64,000 bases of DNA from Takakia lepidozioides (GCA_030704615.1 CM060733.1:68014001-68078000); one strand, 5' to 3'; counted from the first letter of the stretch, positions 13,020 to 26,240 are shown. A program made the numbers and translations. Notes: generated by a model not told the origin, from the letters alone.

Positions 13020-14535
13020 CCATTTTCCTAGGTTGGGCCTGAAAATGGCTAAGTCCCAGAACTGACTAGGCGCGGAACTAGAAAAATGGCGCCGAATTTC
13101 CGGTTGCGGTTCTAGCCACCCTAGGGACTTAGCCATTTTCGGGGCCCTGAACTGGAAAAATGACGCCATTTTTCCATTTCGGGGCTGAAAATGGCTAAGT
13201 CCCAGATCTGACTGGGCCCGAAACTGGAAAAATGGCGCCGAATTTCCGATTTTGCTGCCAGCCACCCTAGGGACTTAGCCATTTTCGGCCCCGAACTGGA
13301 AAAATGGCGCCATTTTTCCAGTTCGGGGCCGAAAATGGCTAAGTCCCAGATCTGACAGGGCGCGGAACTGGAAAAATGGCGCCGAATTTCCGGTTGCGGT
13401 TCCAGCCACCCTAGGGACTTAGCCATTTTCGGGGCCTTGAACTGGAAAAATGGCGCCATTTTTCTATTTCGGACCGGAAAATGGCTAAGTCCCAGATCTG
13501 ACTAGGCCCGGAACTGGAAAAATGGCGTCGAATTTCCGATTTTGGTGCCAAACAGATCTGGAACTTAGCCATTTTCGGGCCCGAACTAGAAAAATGGCGT
13601 TTTTTTTTTTTTTTTTTTTTTCAGCGCCATTTTTCCAGTTCGGGGCCGAAAATGGCTAAGACCCAGATGTGACTGGGCCCGGAACTGGAAAAATGGCGCC
13701 GAATTTCCGATTTTGTTGCCAGCCACCCTAGGGACTTAGCCATTTTCGGCCCCGAACTGTAAAAATGGCGCCATTTTTCCAGTTCGGGGCCAAAAATGGC
13801 TAAATCCCAGATCTGACAGGGCGCGGAATTGGAAAAATGGCGCCGAATTTCCGGTTGCGGTTCCAGCCACCCTAGGGACTTGGCCAATTTCGAGGCCTTG
13901 AACTGGAAAAATGGCGCCATTTTTCCATTTCGGGCCCGAAAATGGCTAAGTCCCAGATCTGACTAGGCCCGGAACTGGAAAAGTGGCGCCAAATTTCCGA
14001 TTTTGGTGCCAGTCAGATCTGGGACTTAGCCATTTTCGGGCCCGAACTAGAAAAATGGCGTTTTTTTTTTTTTTTGTTTTTTTTTTTTTCGGCGCCATTT
14101 TTCCAGTTCGGGGCCGAAAATGGCTAAGTCCCAGATCTGACTAGGCCCGGAACTGGAAAAATGGCGCCGAATTTCCGATTTTGGTGCCAGCCACTCTAGG
14201 GACTTAGCCATTTTCGGCCCCGAACTGGAAAAATGACGCCATTTTTCCAGTTCGGAGCCGAAAATGGCTAAGTCCCAGATCTGATAGGGCGCGGAACAAG
14301 AGAAATGGTGCCGAATTTCCAGTTGCGGTTCCAGCCACCCTAGGGACTTAGCCATTTTCGGAGCCCTGAACTGGAAAAATGGCTAAGTCCCAGATCTGAC
14401 TGGGCCCAGAACTGGAAAAATGGCGCCGAATTTCCGATTTTGGTGCCAGTCAGATCTGGGACTTAGCCATTTTCGGGCCCGAACTGGAAAAATGGCGTTT
14501 TGTTTTTTTTTGTTTTTTTTTTCGGCGCCATTTTT
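13020..14535. repeat. Palindrome array A (GGAAAAATGGCGCC(GAA/ATT)TTTCC alternating with GGCTAAGTCCC/GGGACTTAGCC), about 72-74 bp period
   Basis: GGCGCC cores counted at 13088, 13162, 13234, 13306, 13378, 13452. Poly-T interruptions mark higher-order units. Confidence 0.9.
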
Positions 14536-15995
14536 TCAGTCATGCAGGTAATTCGAAGAGCGGATGGATGGAAATCCGGCGCCGGATTTCCATCCTCCAG
14601 GTAAGTCGGCGCTGCAAATTTCTGTCGTGCAGGTTACTTGTGAGCGGATGGATGGAAATCTGGCACCGGATTTCCATCCGCCAGGTACAAAATTTCCGTC
14701 ATGCAGGTAATTCGAAGAGCGGATGGATGGAAATCCGGCGCAGGATTTCCATCCGCCAGCTAAGTCGGCGCGCAAAATTTCCGTCATGCAGGTAATTCGA
14801 AGAGCGGATGGATGGAAATCCGGCGCCGGATTTCCATCCGCCAGGTAGATCGGCGCGCAAAATTTCCATCATGCAGGTAATTCGGAGCGCGGATGGATGG
14901 AAATCCGGCGCCGGATTTCCATCCTCCAGGTAAGTCGACGCTGCAAATTTCCGTCATGCAGGTAATTCGAAGAGCGGATGGATGGAAATCCGGCGCCGGA
15001 TTTCCATCTGCCAGCTAAGTTGGAGCGCGGCCGGATGGAAATCCGGCGCCGAATTTCCATCCTGTAGGTAACTCGGAGCGCCGAATTTCCGTCAGGCAGG
15101 TAATTCGGAGGGTGGATGGATGGAAATCCGGCGCCGAATTTCCATCCTGCAGGTAACTCGGAGCGCCGAATTTCCGTCAGGCAGGTAATTCGGAGGGCTT
15201 TGGATGGATGTCCGGCGCCGAATTTCCATCCTGCAGGTAACTCGCAGCGCCGAATTTCCGTCATGCAGGTAATTCGGAGAGCGGATGGATGGAAATCCGG
15301 CGCCGGATTTCCATCCTCCAGGTATGTCGGCGCTGCAAATTTCTGTCATGCAGGTTACTTGTGAGCGGATGGATGGAAATCTGGCACCGGATTTCCATCC
15401 GCCAGGTACAAAATTTCCGTCATGCAGGTAATTTGAAGAGCGGATGGATGTAAATCCGGCGCCAGATTTCCATCCGCCAGCTAAGTCGGCGCGCAAAATT
15501 TCCGTCATGCAGGTAACTCGAAGAGCGGATGGATGGAAATCCGGCGCCGGATTTCCATCCGCCAGGTAGGTCGGCGCGCAAAATTTCCATCATGCAGGTA
15601 ATTCGGAGCGCGGATGGATGGAAATCCGGCGCCGGATTTCCATCCTCCAGATAAGTCGGCGCTGCAAATTTCCGTCATGCAGGTAATTCGAAGAGCGGAT
15701 GGATAGAAATCCGGCGCCGGATTTCCATCCGCCAGGTAAGTTGGCTCGCCAAATTTCCGTCATGCAGGTAATACGAAGGGCGGATGGATGGAAATCCGGC
15801 GCCGAATTTCCGTCATGCAGGTAATTCGGAGAGCAGATGGATGGAAATCCGGCGCCGAATTTCCATCCTGCAAGTAATTTGGAGCCCGGATGGACAGAAA
15901 TCCGGCGCCGAATTTCCATCCAGTAGGTACCTTGGATCGCTGCTGGATGGAAATTTGGCGCCGAATTACCATCCTGCAGGTAATTATGAGCGTGG
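14536..15995. repeat. Palindrome array B (GGATGGAAATCCGGCGCCGGATTTCCATCC), about 84-85 bp period
   Basis: 30-bp perfect palindromes with cores at 14578, 14662, 14737, 14822, separated by CATGCAGGTAATTCGAAGAGC linkers and degenerate half-sites. Confidence 0.9.
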
Positions 15996-16099
15996 CCGCT
16001 AGGTTTTTGGTCTAAAAAGACACTAAACCTTTAGTTTTTTGGCTGAAGTCCACTTTTAGACACGTTTTTCAGGGAATTCTCGACTGCTAGGGGGAAATC

Positions 16100-17240
16100 C
16101 GAATGGCCCCGGACGGAAATTCGGCGCCGTTTTTCCATCCTGGGAGGTTTTTATGTCGGCATGTTTTCAGCCAGACCCCCTGACATGACTTCCTTTGGGG
16201 GGGCCCGGATGGAAATTCGGCGCCGAATTTCCATCCAAGGGATGCTCTCTGTCGGACAGGTGCCGACCTCTCCGCCCGAAGCGACTTCATCCGGGCGTCC
16301 TCTGTTGGATATTCAGTGCCGAATTTCCATCCGGGGATTGTAATTTGACGGCCAGATGCCGCCCTCTCCCCCGAGCCGACTGCATCCGAACAGCCCCGGA
16401 TGGAAATTCGGCGCCGTTTTTCCATCCGGGGAGGTTTTTATGTCGGCCACTTTTCGGCCTGACCCCCCGACAAGACTTCCTTTGTGGGGGCCCGGATGGA
16501 AATTCGGCGCCGAATTTCCATCCGGGAGATGCTCTCTGTCGGACAGGTGCCGGCCTCTCCGCCCGAGGCGACTTCATCTGGGCGTCCCCTGTTGGATATT
16601 CGGTGCCGAATTTCCATCCGGGGGTTGTAATGTGACGGCCAGGTGCTGACTGCATCCGAACGGCCCCGGATGGAAATTTGGCGCTGTTTTTCCATTCGGG
16701 GAGGTTTTTAAGTCGGCCAGTTTTCGGCCTGACCCCCGACAGGACTTCCTTTGGGGGGGCCCGGACGGAAATTCGGCGCCGAATTTCCATCCGGGGGATG
16801 CTCTCTATCGGACAGGTGCCGGCCTCTCCGCCCGAGGCGACTTCATCTGGGCGTCCCCTGTTGGATATTCGGTGCCAATTTTCCGTCCGGGGGTTGTAAT
16901 GTGACGGCCAGGTGCCGGCCTCTCCCCCCGGGCCGACTGCATCCGAACGGCCCCGGATGGAAATTCGGTGTCGTTTTTCCATCTAGGGAGGTTTTTATGT
17001 CGGCCAGTTTTTGGTCTGACCCCCCGACAGGACTTCCTTTGGGGGGCCTGGATGGAAATTCGGCTCTGAATTTCCATCCGGGGGATGTTCTCTGTCGGAC
17101 AGGTGCCAGCCTCTCTGCCCGAGGCGACTTCAACCGGGTGGCCCCTGTTGGATATTCGGTGCCGAATTTCCATCCGAGGGTAGTAATGTGACGGCCCGGT
17201 GCCGGCTTCTCCCCTTCAGCCGACATCATCCGGACGGCCC
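16100..17240. repeat. Palindrome array C (GGATGGAAATTCGGCGCCGAATTTCCATCC), about 95-96 bp period, 3-mer higher-order unit
   Basis: Cores at 16219, 16315, 16410, 16506, 16602. Confidence 0.9.
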
Positions 17241-18310
17241 CCCACTTTCTGACTGCATACCGTTGGCAGTTATTGCGCAAAGACCAGGGGCCGCATTCCG
17301 GAGACAAGGTTCATTAACACTCTGACTGTGGATTTTTGAGATAGTTGGCTCCCTGGATTTGGATCAGGCTTCGTCGCACGGACAAATCGGCACTGCATTC
17401 CTTCCCATCTCTGCATCCCCCTTCTACCAGGGAGCTTGCACGCTGTTGGCCGATGCGTTGAGCGTGAACGAGCTGCACAAACTCCTCTTTAGGGATTCCA
17501 TAAATCATTGATGGGGCAAAGGGAATCCTCCATATGGATATTTTCAATTGCATTTTCATGTATCAGACTTTTTTTTGCAGTGTAATGAAATGCACCCCAA
17601 AACTCCTGGAATGAGGCAATATTCCATTCAAACTGAGATCCAACAGAAGCAGTTGTGGGGCCATTTCTGGAAAAAAGGCGCCGAATTTCTCTATTTTGGG
17701 CCGAAAACTGGCTAAGTCCCAACATGCATTGGTCTGGATGTGTCTGGAAAAATGGCGCCGAATTTCCCTATTTTGGGCCGAAAACTGGCTAAGTCCGAAC
17801 ATGCACGGGAACGATGTCTGGAAAAATGGCGCCGAATTTCCAGTTACATGACCCAGAACTGCCCAATATCTGTGCAATCCCCGGCACACCATGTACCGAA
17901 ATTCGGCGCCACATTTCTAAATTTTGGGCTTACACACCTGTCATGAGGGGACCGATAGCCGCGGAATTCGGCACCATTTTTCGCCAGAGAGACCTAATAC
18001 CGCGAAATACGTCGCGGATTTTTCCGGTTACGGACCCTATTACCGCGAAATTCGGCGCCATTTTTGCACATGTCGCTGGGAACTGGCATGAGCGGAAGAC
18101 GAAATATCATGAGCACAACTCTCAAAACTACAATTTTCCCTTCAAGGTGCCGAATAATATATTTGTTTTTTTCTGACACATTGCATTAAATTAATGTTTT
18201 ATAATGTTTTTTATTTTCAAAATTTGTACTTCTGCTCATGAAAACCGATTGTCTTGCTACTCCGCACATGCCGCTCATGCCGCTCATGCTCATGAAATAG
18301 CTAACCTCCT

Positions 18311-19998
18311 TTTAACCCACCTAAGACTCCTGCTGCACTTGAGTACAATTGGGCTATGATTATGCCCTTCAACCAAATTCCCGTTGTTATGGATTTGGCT
18401 TGGAAAGAATTCAGTCCTCCAGAGTCTTTGGCACACTATTACCAGATCATGCGCATTTGGTTGCCAGTGGCAACTCGGACTAAGGTTCTTCCAAATAACC
18501 GACCTATTGAATATCACCATTTTGCGAGGTACTGGTTTGAGGCAGGCACCATGCTGAAGGAATTAATTGCCTTCCAGATTGTTCATGGGTACATCTACAC
18601 CAAGACCAAGGAGGTACCTAGTTTGGTCATGGGTTGTGGACTATGCTACTTGTTTCATTCCACGCTATCACATTGAGCAGCAAAAGATGCAGATGCGATT
18701 TCAGACTTATTTCAAGTTTGAGGATCATTGGGTGTTACCTTCAGTTCCATCCCATACATATATGTATGATGTGAGGATCATGTTGCAGAAAGATCCCCAA
18801 CTTTGTTCTTGGTTCAATTTTGCTTTAGAGAACCTGGCCAAGGAAAACTTGGGTCTTGACCACATCTTTTCTAAGGGACATAAAGCCAGGAAATGGTTAC
18901 ACTGTTCCAATGTCATTGGCACAACCCTCACTTATACAGACAAGGAGCTGCGGGAGTACACTAATTTTGCCCGCAAGAGATTGATACAAGTTTTAAAGTT
19001 TAAGCTTCCAGACATGGTGGGCAAACACTGTATGCCACGCAGGATTCCTGAAACGCCACAGAAGGTCAGAGCACCGAAAGGCCACCGGGGGGAAGATGAT
19101 TCTGATACTACTGGTTCTATGGAGGAACCTTTTGACATGGCTGAGGACTATGCAATACAAATGGCAGAGAAGAAACGACGGGGATCTCATATGCCTGAGA
19201 AGTTACCTCCTTATCAGCCAAATGAAGGGCAATCATTTCCATTTGGTGGGCGTTTCCTTGTTCACTTATCAAGAAAGCAAGTGAATGGTATGCAAGGTTT
19301 CCTAATAATCATTTCCTAACCTAGAATGGCCTTAGTACAACATTCCGAAACAGGTTTAGGACAAGCAAAACTGAGGATGAAGTGTATGGGAGTTTACAAC
19401 AGTTAAGGCAAAATAAGCATGAAACTGTTGAAGAGTACATGGAAAAGATGGAGTTAATGATGAAAAAGCTGGCTGCTATACCAGCACCAGGGTTACAGAA
19501 GACCTGGTTTGTGAGTGGACTAAGACCTGAGTTACAAAAGAAAGTGGATATGCTACCCCATAATACTGTGGAAGAGGCATTCGAAACAGCCAACAGAATA
19601 GAGCAATTGGGAATGCTCAGGAGAGATAAAAGGGATGATGAGGACTCTGAAGATGAGTCAGATGAGGAAGAAGAGCAAGAGCTCAAGAGGAAGAGCAAGA
19701 AGAAGGAAAAGTTGAAGAGGGACAACTATGAGAAAAGACTGGAAGAAATCTTGAAAAAGTATGCCACAGAGGCTGCAACACATTGGAGGAAGGGTGTTTG
19801 GTGTGCAAAATGCCAGAATGAAGCCATACCACAACTGAATGCCACATGACGGAGAAACACTGTACTATCTGTAAAATGGATAACCATTCTACTAAGAATT
19901 GTTATTACAACAGAAGGACAACTGCAAGAGAACCTAGGCAAGTAAGGGTGCAGCAAGTGCAGCCCCAGCCAAGAAGAAACAATGATCATGACCACTAT
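18311..19998 (+). mobile_element. Decayed Ty3/gypsy-like upstream ORF plus gag segment
   Basis: 19382-19849 'LRQNKHETVEEYMEKME...LQKTWFVSGLRPELQKKV' (retrotransposon gag) followed by Cys/His knuckle remnants. Clearly homologous to the gag at 60641-61050 that precedes pol. Confidence 0.75.
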
Positions 19999-22900
19999 GG
20001 GAGGTTAGCTATTTCATGAGCATGAGCGGCATGAGCGGCGTAGCAAGACAATCGGTTTTCATGAGCAGAAGTACAAATTTCGAAAATAAAAAACATTATA
20101 AAACATTAATTTAATGCAATGTGTCAGAAAAAAACAAATATATTATTCGGCACCTTGAAGGGAAAATTGTAGTTTTGAGAGTTGTGCTCATGATATTTCG
20201 TCTTCCGCTCATGCCAGTTCCCAGCGACATGTGCAAAAATGGCGCCAAATTTCGCGGTAATAGGGTCCGTAACCGGAAAAATCCGCGACGTATTTCGCGG
20301 TATTAGGTCTCTCTGGCGAAAAATGGTGCCGAATTCCGCGGCTATCGGTCCCCTCATGACAGGTGTGTAAGCCCAAAATTTGGAAATGTGGCGCCGAATT
20401 TCAGTACATGGTGTGCCGAGGATTGCACAGATGTTGGGCAGTTCTGGGTCATGTAACTGGAAATTCGGCGCCATTTTTCCAGACATCGTTCCCGTGCATG
20501 TTCGGACTTAGCCAGTTTTCGGCCCAAAATAGGGAAATTCGGCGCCATTTTTCCAGACACATCCAGACCAGTGCATGTTGGGACTTAGCCAGTTTTCGGC
20601 CCAAAATAGAGAAATTCGGCGCCATTTTTCCAGAAATGGCCCCACAACTGCTTCTGTTGGATCTCAGTTTGAATGGAATATTGCCTCATTTCAGGAGTTT
20701 TGGGGTGCATTTCATTACACTGCAAGAAAAAGTCTGATACATGAAAATGCAATTGAAAATATCCATACGGAGGATTCCCTTTGCCCCATCAATGATTTCT
20801 AGAATCCCTAAGGAGGAGTTTGTGCAGCTCGTTCACGCTCAACGCATCGGCTGTTGGCCTCTTCGAAGCAATGGCGTGTCCCGAAGGCCCTCTCGCAAGG
20901 CCGCCCGAGGAGGGAACTCAAAGAAGATATTACCGTCGACGTCTGCGGGAATGCATGTAACCGATTTAATTGCGAACTTGCTGTAGTCCAGCCCGGCCAG
21001 CTCCGAGCGGTGTCCCTCCATGTGAAGCCCTCGCAGAATTTCAAGAATGGATCGAACTGCGGTGCTCGTGCTGGGAATATGACTCCCTCGTCCACTGACG
21101 TCCATTGAGGACTTGCCTGATCTCCAGGACGATCTCGGAACTTCCATGACCTCGTCTGAGTCGGACAGGTTGTGAACAACCCGGTTCTCGCTCGTCTTCA
21201 TTGATGGGTTCGGCTCTGGATTTACTTCGTTGCAGACTTCTCTCTTTGAGGTACCCACACTTTGATTCGCGGATTGTTTCGTGGAAGGCGCCAGGATAGA
21301 AGGTGCATTTGGCGGGCAAATGAAGTCCCCAACAGCCCTGTATATGACGCTGTCCGATGGTGGAACTTGTCATTCCCTGCCATCGCCGAAATCATCGTGG
21401 AGCACAACAATACTCTCGACAACAACGCCGTTTGAGTCCTTCTTTTCCTCCTCCAAAAAAACCGACCCCGGTTTCAGGTGGTATCGAACGCACAGATATT
21501 TCTCCATCACACGGCAGATGTCCCCTCTGCACGGAAATGAAGCTCTATGCTCGTGAGGAGGGCAGTACACTGTAGCGCTCGGGTTTTCCGCCATGGGAGA
21601 TGTGCACACAAGACAGTTAGGATGGCGTGCGGGCAAGCTCCCTGGTAGAAGGGGGATGCAGCGATGGGAAGGAATGCAGTGCCGATTTGTCCATGCGACG
21701 AAGCCTGATCCAAATCCAGGGAGCCAACTATCTCAAAAATCCACAGTCAGAGTGTTAATGAACCTTGTCTCCGGAATGCGGCCCCTGGTCTTTGCGCAAT
21801 AACTGCCAACGGTATGCAGTTAGAAAGTGGGGGCCGTCCGGATGATGTCGGCTGAAGGGAGAAGCCGGCATCGGGCCGTCACATTACTACCCTCGGATGG
21901 AAATTCGGCACCGAATATCCAACAGGGGCCACCCGGTTGAAGTCGCCTCGGGCAGAGAGGCTGGCACCTGTCCGACAGAGAACATCCCCGGATGGAAATT
22001 CAGAGCCGAATTTCCATCCGGGCCCCCCAAAGGAAGTCCTGTCGGGGGGTCAGGCCGAAAACTGGCCGACATAATAAAAACCTCCCCAGATGGAAAAACG
22101 GCACCGAATTTCCATCCGGGGCCGTTCGGATGCAGTCGGCCCGGGGGGAGAGGCGGGCACCTGGCCGTCACATTACAACCCCCGGACGGAAAATTGGCAC
22201 CGAATATCCAACAGGGGACGCCCGGATGAAGTCGCCTCGGGCGGAGAGGCCGGCACCTGTCCGATAGAGAGCATCCCCCGGATGGAAATTCGGCGCCGAA
22301 TTTCCGTCCGGGCCCCCCAAAGGAAGTCCTGTCGGGGGGTCAGGCCGAAAACTGGCCGACATAAAAACCTCCCCGAATGGAAAAAACAGCGCCGAATTTC
22401 CATCTGGGGCCGTTCGGATGCAGTCGGCTCGGGGGAGAGGTCAGCACCTGGCCGTCACATTACAACCCCCGGACGGAAATTCGGCACCGAATATCCAACA
22501 GGGGACGCCCGGATGAAGTCGCCTCGGGCGGAGAGGCCGGCACCTGTCCGACAGAGAGCATCTCCCGGATGGAAATTCGGCGCCGAATTTCCATCCGGAC
22601 CCCCACAAAGGAAGTCTTGTCGGGGGGTCAGGCCGAAAAGTGGCCGACATAAAAACCTCCCTGGATGGAAAAACGGTGCCGAATTTCCATCCGGGGCTGT
22701 TCGAATGCAGTCGGCTCGGGGGAGAGGGCGGCACCTGGCCGTCAAATTACAACCCCCGGACGGAAATTCGGCACCGAATTTCCAACAGAGGACGCCCGGA
22801 TGAAGTCGCTTCGGGCGGAGAGGCCGGCACCTGTCCGACAGAGAGCATCCCCCGAATGGAAATTCGGCGGCGAATTTCCATCCGGGCCCCCCCAAAGGAA

Positions 22901-24918
22901 GTCGTGTCAGGGGGTCTAGCTGAAAACAGGCCGACAAAAAAACCTCCCAGGATGGAAAAACGGCGCCGAATTTCCGTCCGGGGTCGTTCGGATTTCCCCC
23001 TAGCAGTCAAGAATTCCCTGAAAAACGTGTCTAAAAGTGGACTTCAGCCCAAAAACTAAAGGTTTAGTGTCTTTTTAGACCAAAAACCTAGCGGCCACGC
23101 TCAGAATTACCTGCAGGATGGTAATTCGGCGCCGAATTTCTATCCAGTAGCGATCTAAGGTACCTGCTGGATGGAAATTCGGCGCCGGATTTCCGTCCAT
23201 CCGGGCTCCAAATTACTTGCAGGATGGAAATTCGGCACCAGATTTCCATCCATCCGCTCTTCGAATTACCTGCATGACGGAAATTCGGCGCTCCGAGTTA
23301 CCTGCAGGATGGAAATTCGGCGCCGGATTTCCATCCGGCCGCGCTCCGACTTAGCTGGCGGATGGAAATCCGGCGCCGGATTTCCATCCGGCCGCGCTCC
23401 GACTTAGCTGGCGGATGGAAATCCGGCGCCGGATTTCCATCCATCCGCTCTTCAAATTACCTGCATGACGGAATTTTGCAGCGTCGACTTACCTGGAGGA
23501 TGGAAATTCGGCGCCGGATTTCCATCCATCCGCGCTCCAAATTACCTGCATGACGGAAATTTTGCGCGCCGACCTACTTGGCGGATGGAAATCCGGCGCC
23601 GGATTTCCATCCATCCGCTCTTCGAATTACCTGCATGACGGAAATTTTGCACGCCGACTTAGCTGGCGGATGGAAATCCGGCGCCGGATTTCTATCCATC
23701 CGCTCTTCGAATTACCTACATGACGGAAATTTTGTACCTGGCGGATGGAAATCCGGTGCCAGATTTCCATCCATCCGTTCACAAGTAACCTGCATGACAG
23801 AAATTTGCAGCGCCAACTTACCTGGAGGATGGAAATCCGGCGCCGGATTTCCATCCATCCGCTCTTCGAATTACCTGCATGACTGGAAAAATGGCGCCGA
23901 ATTTCCGATTTTGGTGCCAGTCAGATCTGGGACTTAGCTATTTTCGGCCCCGGACTGGAAAAATGGCGCCGAAAAAAAAAAACAAACAAACAAACAAAAC
24001 AAAACAAAAACGCCATTTTTTCCAGTTCGGGGCCGAAAATGGCTAAGTCCCAGATCCGACTGGCACAAAATGGAAATTCGGCGTCATTTTTCCAGTTCTG
24101 GGCCGAGTCAGATCTGGGACTTAGCCATTTTCGGCTCCAAAATGGAAAAATGGCGGCCATTTTTCCAGTTCAGGGCTCCGAAAATGGCTAAGTCCCTAGG
24201 GTGGCTGGAACCGCAACTGGAAATTTCGGCACCATTTTTCCAGTTCCGCGCCCTATCAAATCGGGACTTTAGCCATTTTTCGGCCCCGAACTGGAAAAAT
24301 GGCGTGCCATTTTTCCAGTTCGGGGCCGAAAATGGGTAAGTCCCTAGGGTGGCTGGCAGCAAAATCGGAAATTCGCGCCATTTTTCCAATTCCGGGCCCA
24401 GTCAGATCTGGGACTTTAGCCATTTTCGGCCCCCGAACTGGAAAAATGCGCCGAAAAGAAAAAGAAAAAGAAAAAAAAAAACGCCATTTTTCCAGTTCGG
24501 GCCCGAAAATGGCTAGTCCCGATCTACTGGCACCAAAATCGGAATTTGGCGCCACTTTTCCAGTTCCGGGCCTAGTCAATCTGGGACTTAGCCATTTTCG
24601 GGCCCGAAATGGAAAAATGGGCGCATTTTTTTCCAGTTCAAAGGCCCCGAACATGGCTAAGTCCCTAGGTGGCTGGAACCGCAACCGGAAATTCGGCGCC
24701 ATTTTTCCATTCCGCGCCCTGTCAGATCTAGGACTTAGCCATTTTTGGCCCCGAACTGGAAAAATGGCGCCATTTTTTCCAGTTCGGGGGCCGAAAATGG
24801 CTAAGTCCCTAGGGTGGCTGGTAGCAAAATCGGAAATTCGGCGCCATTTTTTTCCAGTTCCGGGCCCAGTCAGATCTGGACTTAGCCATTTTCGGCCCCG
24901 AACTGGAAAATGGCGCCG

Positions 24919-24961
<43 letters not shown>

Positions 24962-25740
24962 GCCATTTTTTTTGTTCAAGCCCCGAAAATGGCTAAGTCC
25001 CTTAGGGTGGCTGGACCGCAACCGGAAATTCGGCGCCATTTTTTCCAGTTCCGCGCCCTGTCAGATCTGGGACTTAGTCATTTTTTGCCCCAACTGGAAA
25101 AATGGCGCCATTTCCATTCGGTCGGTCGGGCCGAAAATGGCTAAGTCCCTAGGTGGCTGGCAGCAAAATCGGAAATTCGCCGCCATTTTTTCCAGTTCCG
25201 CCTCCCTGTCAGATCTGGGACTTAGTCATTTTTGGCCCAACTGGAAAAATGGGCGCCATTTTTTTCCAGTTCGGGGCCGAAAATGGCTAAGTCCCTAGGG
25301 TGGCTGGCAGCAAAATCGGAAATTCGGCGCCTTTTTTTTTCCAGTTCAAGGGCCCCGAAAATGGCTAATCCCTAGGGTGGCTGGAACCGCAACCGGAAAT
25401 TCGGCGCCATTTTTCTAGTTCCGCGCCTAGTCAGTTCTGGGACTTAGCCATTTTCGGGCCCAACCTAGGAAATGGTGCCGAAAAGGTTTACGAGTGAGTG
25501 GTCGGCATTGTAAGTTGCCTCCTCATTTTGTGAGCACCTCCCTCGCTCTTTTATTTCATTGAAAGATCGTTTCTGCTTCTGCTGGTATTGACATTCTTCA
25601 AGTGGATTTTGTCTTACTGTAGATTTCAAGTACTGTAGGAGGACGTCTACACCGCAGTTCATGGGCAGGAGGAACGTGGGGGGGGGGGGGGACCAAAAAA
25701 AAAAAAAAAAAGGAGGCAGGGGGGGGATGGGGCACCGGGG
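19999..25740. mobile_element. Non-autonomous copy 2a, inverted relative to copy 1; right end lost in the gap
   Basis: Starts GGGAGGTTAGCTATTTCATGAG (19999). Near-identical reverse complement of about 12820-18310 (arrays C, B, A in order), plus about 0.8 kb extra transposase sequence. Confidence 0.9.
20800..21594 (-). pseudogene. Internally deleted transposase (N-terminal part)
   Basis: 'MAENPSATVYCPP...LKPGSVFLEEEKKD' and 'RSELAGLDYSKF...DVDGNIFFEFPP' align with 'MAPNSYAIVCCPP...LKPGTVYLEEERKD' and 'RSELAALDYAKF...EVDGNVIFEFPP' of the 46116 transposase. DDE core absent. Confidence 0.88.
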
Positions 25741-26240
25741 NNNNNNNNNNNNNNNNNNNNNNNNNNNNNNNNNNNNNNNNNNNNNNNNNNNNNNNNNNNN
25801 NNNNNNNNNNNNNNNNNNNNNNNNNNNNNNNNNNNNNNNNNNNNNNNNNNNNNNNNNNNNNNNNNNNNNNNNNNNNNNNNNNNNNNNNNNNNNNNNNNNN
25901 NNNNNNNNNNNNNNNNNNNNNNNNNNNNNNNNNNNNNNNNNNNNNNNNNNNNNNNNNNNNNNNNNNNNNNNNNNNNNNNNNNNNNNNNNNNNNNNNNNNN
26001 NNNNNNNNNNNNNNNNNNNNNNNNNNNNNNNNNNNNNNNNNNNNNNNNNNNNNNNNNNNNNNNNNNNNNNNNNNNNNNNNNNNNNNNNNNNNNNNNNNNN
26101 NNNNNNNNNNNNNNNNNNNNNNNNNNNNNNNNNNNNNNNNNNNNNNNNNNNNNNNNNNNNNNNNNNNNNNNNNNNNNNNNNNNNNNNNNNNNNNNNNNNN
26201 NNNNNNNNNNNNNNNNNNNNNNNNNNNNNNNNNNNNNNNN
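25741..26240. other. Assembly gap (500 N)
   Basis: Run of N; the flanks are indel-rich versions of the arrays. Confidence 1.

Larger units (their letters stand above)
12182..18310. mobile_element. Non-autonomous deletion derivative of the ParB-MTase Mutator-like transposon (copy 1, 6.1 kb), TSD TTTAAC
   Basis: Left end GGGGGCTGCTATTTCATGAG (12182); right end CTCATGAAATAGCTAACCTCCT (to 18310); TTTAAC at 12176-12181 and 18311-18316. Retains only the last accessory-gene exon (about 12405-12870, minus), a transposase stub (about 17300-17500) and palindrome arrays. Confidence 0.92.

Noticed and set aside
13000-17300. Many ORFs with 'MEIRRRIS', 'WKFGAEFP' or 'KCGAAF' repeats (also 21900-26950, 37400-38200, 43800-45700)
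   Set aside because: Translations of palindromic tandem repeats, open on both strands; not credible proteins.
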